Below are positions 15,088 to 27,200 of a DNA stretch of 64,000 bases, in pieces. Position 1 is the first letter of the stretch. Each line of letters begins with the position of its first letter. Position numbers and translations under genes: made by a program. Below the pieces are notes generated by a model that saw only the letters and a program-made list of their open reading frames with translations, was not told the DNA's origin and did no database searches. This DNA comes from the human T2T-CHM13v2.0 reference genome, Homo sapiens, in the NCBI RefSeq assembly GCF_009914755.1, contig NC_060925.1; one strand, 5' to 3'.

Positions 15088-15349
15088 ATGATATGTGTGG
15101 GTGGGGCCGTGCCTCACTTTTATTTATTGCTGGTTTTCCTGGGACAGCTGGAGCTGTGTCCCTTAGCCTTTCAGAGGCTTGGTGTTCAGGGCCCTCCCTG
15201 CACTCCCCTCTTGCTGCGTGTTGATTTGGAGGCACTGCAGTCCAGGCCGAGTCCTCAGTGCGGGGAGCAGGCTGCTGCTGCTGACTCTGTGCAGCTGCGC
15301 ACCTGTGTCCCCCACCTCCACCCTCAACCCATCTTCCTAGTGTTTGTGA

Positions 15350-15355
15350 AATAAA
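15350..15355 (+). terminator. ATP6V0B: ATP6V0B poly(A) signal AATAAA
   Basis: AATAAA followed by GU-rich sequence. Confidence 0.8.
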
Positions 15356-15989
15356 CTTGGTATTTGTCTGGGTCAGTGCAGCTTCTGTTGCCCTCTTGCG
15401 TCACCGTTCACAGAGGAAGGGTAAAGAGGCCTGTACGCCTCAGCCTCATGCCAATCCCTTGTCAGCTTTCTGACTGCACACTTCTGATCTGCACAGAGCT
15501 TGCTCCTAGGTGGGGAGGCACGGGTGCTGGGTGGACTCTAACCCCCAAACAGACTTGTTTGGGGATGAGGGAGTGTGCAGATAGGGGCCCCTGGGTGTGT
15601 TTGTGCCTGTAGTCCTTCTAGGCCCGTTTGCTCAGGGCTCTGACTGACCACCATGCCCGAATTGTCTGACAGCATCTACTTACCTGGTTGTACAGTCGGG
15701 CACCATCATCTCCGTCCTTGTGAGGCCTGGAGCCTAGGCAGTGGTCTCTGCCTCCAGTGATGGTCCTGTCCTTCTAGCAGCAGCCCCTCCCAGAAACCTC
15801 TACTCTGATCCTTGTTCCCAGGGCCCAGGGCAGCTCCTCCCACCCCATCCAATCTCGTTTTCTCCTTCCCTGACCCTGTTTCCTGTTACCCCAGAAGCCC
15901 CAGCCACCTCCAGCCCACGCCTTTAAGGGTCCTGCCCCCTCTCTGCTGGCCGACCTTGAATCTTGGTCCAATTAAAGAGTTGACAAATC

Positions 15990-17060
15990 CCTAGCCCCGC
16001 AGCCTGAGTCCGCCCAACCTCCAGGTCCCCTTCCTGGGGAGTTCGCGCTCCAATGCAATCCCCACTCCCCGCTAAGGGACTCCACGGTCTGCACCCGCTC
16101 GCCGGTCCGACCTCTAAGCCCACCCTTTGGACGAGCCTGACCCATTTCCTCCCGCGCTCCCAGGTCCGTGCCTCCTGGGTGCCCGGGTTCGGCCGCCGGC
16201 AGGGCGGGCTCGCAGCGGCGCGCGGCGGGTGCGGGCGTGCTGGAGGCGGGGGCCGCGGGGGCGCGCGCGCGGGCGCGCGGGCCGGGCCTGCCCCTCCGAG
16301 GCGCCGTAGCGCGGGAGGGAGGCGGCGGCGCTGTGGTCCGTGGGTCCGCCGGTCCGTGGGTCTGCCCGGCCGCCCGGCCCCGCCCTGCCCCCCGGGGCGG
16401 CTCGGCTCCATGGCCCGCGGCGGCGGCGGCGGCGGCGGCGGCGGGAGGCGACCCGGGGGCCGCGGTGGCCGCTGACCGGGCGGCGGGAGGCGGCGGGGCC
16501 GGGCCATGGGGGACGGAACCGTCCGCAGCCGCCGGAGCCGGGAGCCCTGCCCAAGTCGGAGCGGCGTCCCCTGCTGAGCCCCGAGCGCCGGGTGAGAGGA
16601 GGGCGCGCGCGGCCCCCACCCAGGGCCCCGAGATTCCAGACCCAGCCCCGCGAGGGGCACCCCGAGCGCGGCCCCGAGATCCCAACCCAGGAGCCGGTGA
16701 GAGAGGCGCCGGCGGCCAGACCCCGGCCTGGCTGCCCCCACCCCGCCCCCACTCCGGCGCCCCTCCTGGGCTTCTCCGCCCGCGTCCAGCCGGCCTCCCT
16801 CATTGTCCTCGCTCGCCCCGGCCTCGTGGCGCGGGGAGGCGTTCCATACACGTTTCCCCTTGGCCTTTGCCTCATCCGCTGCCCTCCACCCACTCCCCCT
16901 GCCCCCAGGCTCCACACCCACCCGGTCTGTGCGGCCTGCCCGTCCGCGGGTGCCACGTGTTCAGCCTGCCAGCCCCGCCCAAACGCACCCCTCAGCCTGG
17001 CCGCCAGCCTGACCCAGAACCCCTGCGCCGGAGGGAGGGTGGGAATGTCTGCACGTGGGT
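15990..17060 (+). promoter_or_regulatory. B4GALT2: B4GALT2 CpG island with a non-coding first exon (donor GG|GTGAGA after 16591)
   Basis: Very high GC and CpG density; 5' splice site at 16592; common acceptor at 18188/18189. Confidence 0.8.
16417..16443 (+). repeat. (GCG)9 trinucleotide repeat in the B4GALT2 5' leader
   Basis: Nine perfect GCG units read directly. Confidence 0.95.
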
Positions 17061-17091
17061 CTGGGTGTGAGCTGTCTGAGAGTCTGGATGT

Positions 17092-17126
17092 ATGGCTGTG
17101 GAAGTCCAGGAGCAGTGGCCTTGTTT
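17092..17126 (+). CDS. B4GALT2: B4GALT2 alternative coding first exon (N-terminally extended 401-aa isoform)
   Basis: ATG 17092 encodes MAVEVQEQWPC(L); donor TT|GTGAGT joins 18189 in frame through PAAGCPGPLGGPVAACG to MSRLL. Confidence 0.75.
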
Positions 17127-18240
17127 GTGAGTGTGGGACTTAGTGTGTTACTGTCACCCGGGTGTGTCTGTGACTGTAGTTCTCTGTGTGTCTGAGTGTG
17201 GGTGACCAGCTGGGACCAGGGTGTCCCTGTGATTCTGTGTGCCTGTGAGACTCACCCTGCTCCCTGAAGCACTGCCAGAAGTGGCTGCCGCTCTCTTGGA
17301 ACCACAGCTGGAGCCATCGCCCAGGCAAGACCCCCTTCCTGCCATGCCCAGTGCTGTGCCCATCTCCAGGCCCAAGCATCCCGTTCCGGGAATCAGAACC
17401 AGCTGTGCTGGGCAGGACCCAGAGTCTTGGTCCCAGTCCCAAGGGGCTGGCTTTGAGGTCTTAAGTGAGGGGTGTCCCCTGCCTTGCCCCGTATTTTGAC
17501 GTTTTGCTCCAGTGGGAAGGGATTCTGTAAACATCCAGTCTGTATTTGGGCCCCCCGGATGCTGAGGGCAACTTCCCAGCCTGGTCCCAGTTGGCCTGGC
17601 CTGCTTGTCGCTGGGATCTGAATGACCAAACCACTTCCCACCATGGCTCCTGGAAGGACTAAATGAAGTCATGAGTATAAAGTGCTCCTGCATGGTAGGT
17701 GCACAGTATTCCGTCTCTTCCCTCTTCCCCAAGCCATGAGTTCTGGGTTAAGGATGCTGCCATGTGAGGTGTCTGTTCTCAGGGGCACAGGGGCACATGG
17801 GGGTCTATAGGTAAACATGTCTCCATGCTTAGGTACAAACCAGTGTGGTTAGAGTTCACGTGTCTGTGTTCCTGGGAATGCGTGAGTGTGTGTGTAGAGT
17901 TGTGCAATAAGGGTGAGTGCCTGAGTGTGTGTGTCAGTGAGGTGGAGGAAGGTAAATGTATGTGGCTTAGTAGTGGGGTGTGCTTGAGGATGTGAGTACT
18001 GAGTTGCCGGGAACTGTGCCTGGGTGTCTGTTTGGAGGTAAGTTCTTGAGTCTGTGAGTGTGAAAGGGTATGAGCAGGTCAGTGTGAGGTGTGGCCCACG
18101 AGTGTGAGCAGCTGAGTGGGAGGTAGGTGGGCAGCCTTGCCTGTCCTGCCCTGACCTGCTGGATCTGTTTCCCTCCCACCCTGCTCAGGCCAGCAGCCGG
18201 ATGCCCGGGCCCACTGGGCGGGCCAGTGGCCGCCTGCGGG

Positions 18241-21200
18241 ATGAGCAGACTGCTGGGGGGGACGCTGGAGCGCGTCTGCAAGGCTGTGCTCCTTCTCTGC
18301 CTGCTGCACTTCCTCGTGGCCGTCATCCTCTACTTTGACGTCTACGCCCAGCACCTGGCCTTCTTCAGCCGCTTCAGTGCCCGAGGCCCTGCCCATGCCC
18401 TCCACCCAGCTGCTAGCAGCAGCAGCAGCAGCAGCAACTGCTCCCGGCCCAACGCCACCGCCTCTAGCTCCGGGCTCCCTGAGGTCCCCAGTGCCCTGCC
18501 CGGTCCCACGGCTCCCACGCTGCCACCCTGTCCTGACTCGCCACCTGGTCTTGGTGAGCCTGGAGGGTAGGGCCTGCCTGTGGGGAAACAGGGTTTTATT
18601 GGTTTGACTAGAGAAATGGCATCTGGACCCAGGGGTGTGCCAGGGGTCCAGGTCTGTTGTAAGAGGGCTATTCTTGGGGTTCCCTAGCCCACCCCCAGGC
18701 TGAGGGTGGGGGCTGGTATCTGTGGATTCTGGCCAATGCCCTGATTCCTGACACTGTCCTGTCTGCAGTGGGCAGACTGCTGATCGAGTTCACCTCACCC
18801 ATGCCCCTGGAGCGGGTGCAGAGGGAGAACCCAGGCGTGCTCATGGGCGGCCGATACACACCGCCCGACTGCACCCCAGCCCAGACGGTGGCGGTCATCA
18901 TCCCCTTTAGACACCGGGAACACCACCTGCGCTACTGGCTCCACTATCTACACCCCATCTTGAGGCGGCAGCGGCTGCGCTACGGCGTCTATGTCATCAA
19001 CCAGGTGCCCATGCGGGGGTCCATGTGCCTGTTGGTGTATATATGTGGGTTGGGGGCGTTTGTGGGTCCTTGTCTGCCCGTGTGGATATGTGGATGGACC
19101 TGGGCGTGGGTAGTCGGTGTTTGTCAGTGTGCACAGGAATGTGTACGCACAGTGTGTGCATGTGAATGTTGGCATGCACACTGGCAGGTGTGTGCATGGT
19201 CTCAGAAGGGGTTGAGCCCCACTCTCTACCCTTGGCAGGCCTCACCCCATGGTGGTGCAGGCCTTGGGTATGCTGTAGGAGGAGATGTTGAGGGCCCTGA
19301 GGAGAGGGAGTTAGACCCTGAAAGAAGGATGAAGCCTGTAGAACCCTTTGGGGTAGGTGCCAGCCACAGCTGAGGCCAGGGCACTCAGCTCAGCATCTTA
19401 AGGCCTTTGGTGGACCTGGCTAGGGCTGGCCACTAGGTCCCAGAAGGGACCTCTGATGCAGGCCCCCCCGCCCCCGCCGACCACAGAGACCTCCTAGACT
19501 TGGACATGGGTCCCTCCCGTATGATGGGACACAAGTGGAGGTGGAGCAGGGGGCCGTGGGAGCACAGAGGGCCCCAGTCCAGCCCTGGGGTTGGGAAGCA
19601 GTTGCTGAGATGGGTCTTGCGGGATGAGCAGGCATCAGGGGCTGCAGAAGCCAGCATTCTAGGCAGAGGGACCTGGAGGATGCAGGGCCAGCAAGATAAC
19701 TGGCCTCGTGTTCACGAACTATTGGCTGAGGTGTGGTGTCCAGCATGTGGACTGGGTAGCAAAGATGAGGCTGGAGGAGTTGGAAGTCAAACTGAGAAAT
19801 GTCTTGGGAGGCATGCTGGCAGTAAGTCCAGCGCAAAAGTGACAGGGCACCATGTAAGGTTGTAAGGAGAGAGTGACTTGCGTGTTTGCTTTGTAGAAAG
19901 GTCACTCTGGTTGCATATGGAGCATGGATGGAGAGGGGAGATTAGAGACAGCGTGGCCCGTTTGGAAGAGAGGACGATGCCCAGGAAAGAGGCGGTGACC
20001 CTGCGGATGTGTGGGGCGGGAGTCGCGGGGAAGAAGTGGGGTTGTTACGCAAGTAGTGGAGAGTGAGAAAAGAGCGACGTCAGGACAGCGCAAGGGTTTC
20101 CGCCTTGGCTGTTGGCTGTGGGGATGGCTGTGTCTGAGTGAGATGGGGACACAGGAGCTGGGCCAGCTCTGGGGGAGTGTGACTCTGAATCCTTTCTTGC
20201 GTGTGATGAGTTTGAGCGCCTGTGGGAAGTACATGTTTAGCAGGCAGTTAGACAAATGAGTCTGGACCCAGAAGGGAGGTCTGCAGTGGAGAGAGGGATC
20301 TGGGAGCACCAGGATGAAGACGGTCTGGTCCCTAAAACCAACAACGTCTGACCTGCCAGGGAGCAAGGGGCATGAGAGGAGGAAGCCAGCACTTCAGGGA
20401 TGGAGGGAGAAAGAGGCCGCTACAGAGGCCGAGAGGCTTGGCCAGAAGGGCTGGAGGAGACCCAGGGGAGTGTGGGATCCCGGAAACCCGGCAGTCAGTG
20501 TCAGGAAGGAGACATGGCAGCTGCATGGGCACTGTGGGGGTGTGAGGAGGGATGTGGACCAAGACTCGTCCAGTGGATTTAGCAACAAGGTGGGCCCAGC
20601 GAGAGCCATTTCAGGGGCATGGTGGGGGCGGAAGCAGATTGCAGTGGGTTGAAGAAGGAATCGGATTTGACGAAATGGAAATAACCAATTAGAGACAACT
20701 CTTTAAAAAAAAATCCCTGCTGAGAAGGGAAGGCAAAAGGTAGGGTGGTGGCTGGAGGGAGGTTTGTTTTTTCAGTTGGGAGAGGATTGAGCATGTTTAT
20801 GAGCCATGTGGGAGAGACACAGGGCTCCTGGCTGGTGAGAGGTCAGAAGGAGTGCTGCTGAGCTGGGAGGAAAGCGATGGTCTCTCCAAGGGCTGGGGGA
20901 AGAGGAGGTGCAGGAGAGGGAGAGAAGAGAGCTGGCAGGGCTGGGCAGGTCAGGGTTCCCGAGGGGAGCAGCTCCCACCTCTTCTGGCAGTGGCTTTGCT
21001 GGTGGAGAAGAGGGCCTTTCTCTCCGCTCATTCCAGAAAGGCCACTCACCGATCCCCTCTCCAGGAACCTTTCTGGTTCTAGCCTGGAGACTGCAGGTTG
21101 GGGCAGGGGCTCAGGGGTCAGCGCCTCCCACTGAATGCTCCCTGCTAGTCCTAGTCCAGAGTCTGGTGCTTAGGCCTGCATGGCCAGGACCCCTGCAGCC

Positions 21201-24200
21201 CCAATTCTCAGGGGACCCCAGGCTTGCTGGGCTGTGACTGCCTATAGACCCTATGCTTGTCATTTTGTTGGAGAGACAAGTGAATCTAGCCCAGACCTGT
21301 CCTGGTCTCAGAGGCTGCCCAGGCAGCCGGATGCAGCTCCAGGGAGCCTGAGGCTCCTGCATCTTAGACACTGGTCATTTGGGGCATTCGTTGTTTGTCT
21401 CACTGCATGACTCTATACACAGCAGGGAGGGGACCAGGGCTGGCCATCTCCAGAATCCCCGCTAGCACAAAGGAGAGAGCGCCACAGGGCATGTTTGAAT
21501 GAGTGAATGAGATGAGAACTCCACCTGACGTTGTCAATGGGTATTGGCATAAAGGAAGCCCATGGGAAGGAAGGAATAAGCGTACTGGGGTGGGGAAGTG
21601 TGGTCAGGGGAGCCGCTCCAGCCCTGAGTGTGACAAGCACAGGTACTGCTAACCCCAAGGCCTGGAGGCAAGGAAGAGTCTGGCATATTCCGGGGCTGCT
21701 GAGGGATGTTGTGTGGCTGGGCCTCGGGACCTGAGGGCAGTGGCCAGAGAGGAGGCTGGAGCCACATATGAAAGGCCTTTGTAGGCCAGATCCCGGTCGA
21801 GAAGCTGGACTAGATCCTGAGAGCCTGGAGGAGCCATGCAGCGAGGGGGCTGGTAGATCCCCAGAGACTGCTCTGGAGAGTGGCAAAAGGGCAGGTGCTT
21901 GTTGGTCACAGGCCCAGGGTTGACCTGCTCCTCCCCCTACCCAGCATGGTGAGGACACCTTCAACCGGGCCAAGCTGCTTAACGTGGGCTTCCTAGAGGC
22001 GCTGAAGGAGGATGCCGCCTATGACTGCTTCATCTTCAGCGATGTGGACCTGGTCCCCATGGATGACCGCAACCTATACCGCTGCGGCGACCAACCCCGC
22101 CACTTTGCCATTGCCATGGACAAGTTTGGCTTCCGGTGAGGGCTCTCTTCTCAGCTGGACCCAGCCCTCCTGCCCCCACCAGACGCAGGCCCACTTCCAG
22201 CCCCCGAGCCCCGCTTGCTCCTGGCTGTGGCCCAGACCCCACTGGCGAGGCTGGATCCTCCCTGGACCCCATTGGACATTCCCCCCGACCTGGTCTCTGG
22301 TCCTTCCCCTGGAGTCCCCTTGGGACCCTTACTGACACCTGCCTTCCCATGCCACAGGCTTCCCTATGCTGGCTACTTTGGAGGTGTGTCAGGCCTGAGT
22401 AAGGCTCAGTTTCTGAGAATCAATGGCTTCCCCAATGAGTACTGGGGCTGGGGTGGCGAGGATGATGACATCTTCAACCGGTGAGTAAGCACGCGGTGGG
22501 GAATAGGCTGGGTGGGGGGGGGAGGGGGGGGGTGCAGACTGGGTGGGGTTCTTTGCCCTTCCTGGAGCCTGTTCCAGTCTGTCCGTCCCCATCCTCAGGA
22601 TCTCCCTGACTGGGATGAAGATCTCACGCCCAGACATCCGAATCGGCCGCTACCGCATGATCAAGCACGACCGCGACAAGCATAACGAACCTAACCCTCA
22701 GAGGTGACCCCAGCACCCTCACCCCTTACTCCCCAGAGGCAACTTCCCAATATCCCCAACTCTTGACCCCAAGTGGCCCAATCCCTGATCCCCCAGTGGG
22801 GGACCTCCAAGCATCCTTGACTCCAAAAAGGTGACTCCCAGTGCCACTGATTCCCTGATGTGATCCAAGGCCCCTCAGGACTGCTGGCACCCCTGATCGT
22901 TGTCCCCCAACCCCCAGCCCAGCCTCAGCCCAATATCTCTGACCTCTGGCCTGATTCCTAGAGGTGACCAGAATTTAATGTCAGGGCCTAAATAGTCATT
23001 GAGTAGATTGCATTCCTATTGGTGCCCTCGAAGACCTCACTTGTGCACCTGTGGGACCCCTGCCGGGGCAGATAGGACACGAGCTAATGGGTGCTGGGCA
23101 CAGCTCCTGTGGACCTGACAAAGGGGACCTGAGCAGTATGGGAAGGGGGTGTGGAAAGACAGTGCCCACCCCTCTGAAATTGAAGGAGGTGGATGTATCT
23201 CTTAGGAGGTAGCCACATTTGGTATCAGGCTGGCTGGGAGAAGGGCCTAAAGGGTGTGTGAAATGTAAACAAGGGCTTCCTGACACTGCTCTGACTTGTG
23301 CTAAACTTTCTGGGGGTGGGAGACCCAGAGTAGTCACACCCAATCCGTGCTTTCCCTTACGAAGTTCATTCCAGGCAGGGAGATAGTCATGGAAAAAGGC
23401 AGTTATAGCACAAGGTCATCAAGGCAAGGTGTTGTCTTGGCAGAAGAGGGACTGGTGATGGAAGCCTTCCTGGAGGAGGTGATGGTAACCTGGAGTTTGA
23501 AATAGTTACTCATTTAACAAATATTTGCCTCACACCTACCTTGGGCACAGTGCTACATTCCCCAGGCTAATAGAGGAAGCCAGCCTGGATAAGGAGAATC
23601 ATATCTGGAAGATTCTGGAATGTGAACATGTATGATACATACCGAGAGTCTGAAACTATTTGGTTTTAAGATCTCTGAAGGCTGATAGTGACAGTGGGGC
23701 GGGGGAAAGTCACGTCTGGATGTTAGGGGTTTTTCTTCTGTTGCCCTTTCACCATGTACATGTCAGGGGTCTTGAATACCTGATGGGAGGTTAACTTTTG
23801 TCCCAGAGGACTGGGGAGTCATGGAAGAACCTGAAGAAGGGAGAGGCGGGGTGGGGTTTGTGTTTAGAAGGCACACTGTTTGAGCTTCAGGAAGGCGAAA
23901 GCCTGGCATAGCCGCTGGGTGGAGCAGGAGAGAAAGTCAGCCCGGCCTGAAGGAATCGATGGAGTCCAAGGGAGCATAGTGGTACAGGGCCTGGGGATGG
24001 AGGTGCTGTGTCCCCAGCTTGAGCAGGAGGGTTTTTCTACTCTGAACACGGGGTAGGAGTGGGGGAGGTGGTTTGTAGCCCTGGTGTGGGGTTGGTGCCT
24101 GGGAGAAGCATGAGGCACTGGGGAGGCACAGGGAGCTGATGAAAAAGTGGTTCTGATGAAAACTATGGTCAGCAGGAAACAGGTAAGAGACCAAGAGGAG

Positions 24201-27200
24201 AGGGGCTTCAGGGCATCTGGGGAGGAGTGGAGCTCCACAGTACACGCCAGGAGCCTTGGTCCTGTTTCAGGAGTAGCCTGCCTGAGTGCCACCATCAATT
24301 ACACATGTCTGGCTTGGTTGTAGATGTGGCAAGATAGCAAGAAGTTTCTGGCTTAAAGAACTCTGTGAATGTTGGATTCATGGATTGGGTATGACTACTC
24401 TGGGTCTGCCACCCCCAGAAAGTTTAGCACAAGTCACAGAGCAGCGTCAGGAAGCCCTTGTTTACATTTCACACACCCTTTAGGCCCTTCTCCCAGCCAG
24501 CCTGATACCAGATTCACAGAGTTCACAAACTGTGAACTCTCTCTACCTAGTTGCTGTTGCCTAAAATCTGGGAGTTCTGGATTCTTCTTTTCCTCACCCT
24601 ACATATCCAAACCCATCAGCGAGTAATATCACTGCCACCCCTAAAACATATTTGAGTCCATTTGCTTTCCCCCTTTACTACCTTTACCTTAGTCCAACCT
24701 CTGGGATCCTGCCTGGACTACTGCAGTGGCCTCCAACTGGTTTCCCTGTTTATGGCTTGGCCCCCAACTGGGTTAAACATTTCTCAGAGCCTTTACACAT
24801 TTCATTCTGTGAGAATGAAAACATGAGCTGCTCGCTCTGACTTAGAGCCCTGCCCTTGCACGGTGTACTTGAACCTCCAAGCTAATATTCTGCTTTTCCA
24901 CGTGCCCCATTCAGGTTTAGCCACTCAGCTGTGCAAAATCTTATTCCCAATTTAGGGTCACCATGTGCTCTGACCTCTACCTGGAGTGCTTTGCCCCTGC
25001 CCTTAGCTCAGTGTCACATATGCCCTCTTGTCTCTCTTAGCACTCCGATGTTTTCTCTGTTACCTGCCTCCCCTAGAGAAGCCAACTTGCCCTGAGATGA
25101 AGGACCCCACCTGTCATGGCCATGGCAGTAGCCTTGGTGCTTAGAGCACAGCCTGGCACATGGTGGTGCTCAATAAATAGCTGGCAAGAGAGTCACTAAA
25201 GAACGAGGAACAGAGAAAATGGCACAGGCGTGGGGAGTAAAAATGATGCATCTGATTGCGCTTGAAGTGCCTGTGGGATGCCTGGTCTCAGGCTTAGAAA
25301 GGTCTGAGCTGACCTCACACCGTGGCTCATGTCTGTAATCCCAGCACTTTGGGAGACTGAGGCAGGCAGATCACTTGAGGTTAGGAGCTCGAGACCAGCC
25401 TGGCCGACATAGTGAAACCTTGTCTCTACCAAAAATACAAAAAAAAAAAAAAAAAAAGACGGGGCACGGTGGCTCATGCCTGTAATCCCTGCACTTTGGG
25501 AGGCCAATGTGGGCAGATCACCTGAGGTCAGTAGTTCGAGACCAGCCTGGCCAAAATGGTGAACCCCATCTCTACTAAAAATACCAAAAAAATTAGCTGG
25601 GTGTGGTGGTGGGCGCCTGTAATCCCACCTACTCGGGAGGCTGAGGCAGGAGGTTGGGAGGCAACCTCTTGAACCCAGGAGGCAGAGGTTGCAGTGAGCT
25701 GAGACTGCACTACTGTACTCCATCCTGGGCAACAGAGCAAGACTCTCAAAAAAGAGAGCGTCTCAAAAAACCAAAACAAAAAGCCGGACGTGGTGGTGTG
25801 CACCTGTAGTCTCAGCTACTCAGGAGGCTAAGGCAGGAGAATCGCTTGAACCCAGGAGGCAGAGGTTGCAGTGAGCCGAGACCGCGCCACTATATTCCAG
25901 CCTAGGCAACAGAGCAAGACTCTGTCTCAAAAAAAAAAAAAAAAAAAAAAGTCTGAGCTGAGAGATTTGTGAGGGTGTCAGACGTCTGTTTTCTGACTGG
26001 AGCAGCTGACATCTCTGTTTTGAGGGCCAATGCAGGAGCAGAAGGGCTCCTGCCAAATCAACCCTGGAAGGAGCCAGATTGGCTTAAGCCTAGGCCCCAG
26101 AGATCCCATATTGGGTTTGGTGGTGTTAACTTAAAAATCACTAGATCAGCTGGATGAGGTGGCTCATGCCTATAATCCCAGCACTTTGGGTAGTCAAGGC
26201 GGGTGGATCACCTGAGGTTAGGAGTTCGAGACCAGCCTGACCAACATGGCGAAACCCCATCTCTACTAAAAATACAAAAATCAGCTGGCGCAGTGGCAGG
26301 CATCTGTAATCCCAGCTACTCAGAAGGCTGAGGCAGGAGAATCGCTTGAACCTGGGAAGTGGAGGGTGCAGTGAGCCGAGGTGGTGCCATTGTACTCTGT
26401 CTCAAAAAAAAAAAAAAAAAAAAAAATCACTAGATCAATAAATTTGAAAAGGAGACTTTATTTCTCTTTTATAAAGGGTTACAACCTGCAGGCTGGCCAT
26501 CCCACTGGCTAGGAAGCAGAGCCTCCAGCCAAAGCCTTAACAGGCACTTTGAGGGAGGGAGGAGTGAGATAGGAATTTTAGTTGAATGGATTGGTCAACA
26601 GGTTACTGGAGGAGCTACGAATATTTACGGAAGGGGTCCTGACATATGCATATCGAACAAACATGCATGTTATATACCATCCATGTTCACCTTGGGGTGG
26701 AGACTTAATATTTAAATATATCGCAGTTAGGCCCCATACGTCAAAAAGACAAAAGCACTCAAGTGCGCAGCCTCTGTAAGCTGGCTAGAACCAGTCCATG
26801 GCCGATGGTCTTATCAGGAGAAAGTTACTGAGATCAGTCTCTTGTCCCACCAAAGCTATAATTATGGCTTGTGGAACAGGGGCGTAGGGGTCAGCATCTG
26901 GCAGTGGGTGAGCTGCAAATTTTTTTCTATTATTTATATTACCACATTATACAAATTGTTTTAATATTGGTTATCTCAAGTCCTGTACTTGTTTAGCTGC
27001 TACAGAAAAAGAAAATCCTCGCGGCAGTTAGAGCATAGTCTCTTCTTTAAGTGCAGAGGTGCAAGACTTAACCCTTGCCTGGCATGGCCTTAGATCCTAT
27101 TTATAATTAGGTATCTTATTGACACAAACAATGCATTCTGTCAGTCTTGTGATCTCTGCTTTGACGTTAATGCTGGTCATTTGTTGTGTCTAAGCTGCAA

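Noticed and set aside
15923-17143. Long ORFs of 237-332 aa on both strands in the B4GALT2 CpG island
   Set aside because: Stop codons are depleted in very GC-rich DNA; the products are low-complexity Ala/Gly/Pro/Arg with no recognisable domain, and most start at non-ATG codons.
22704-22970. C-rich stretch with recurring tgacccc/gatccc words and a second AGAG|GTGACC donor-like copy near 22960
   Set aside because: Periodicity is too weak to define a unit by eye; most likely low-complexity sequence.
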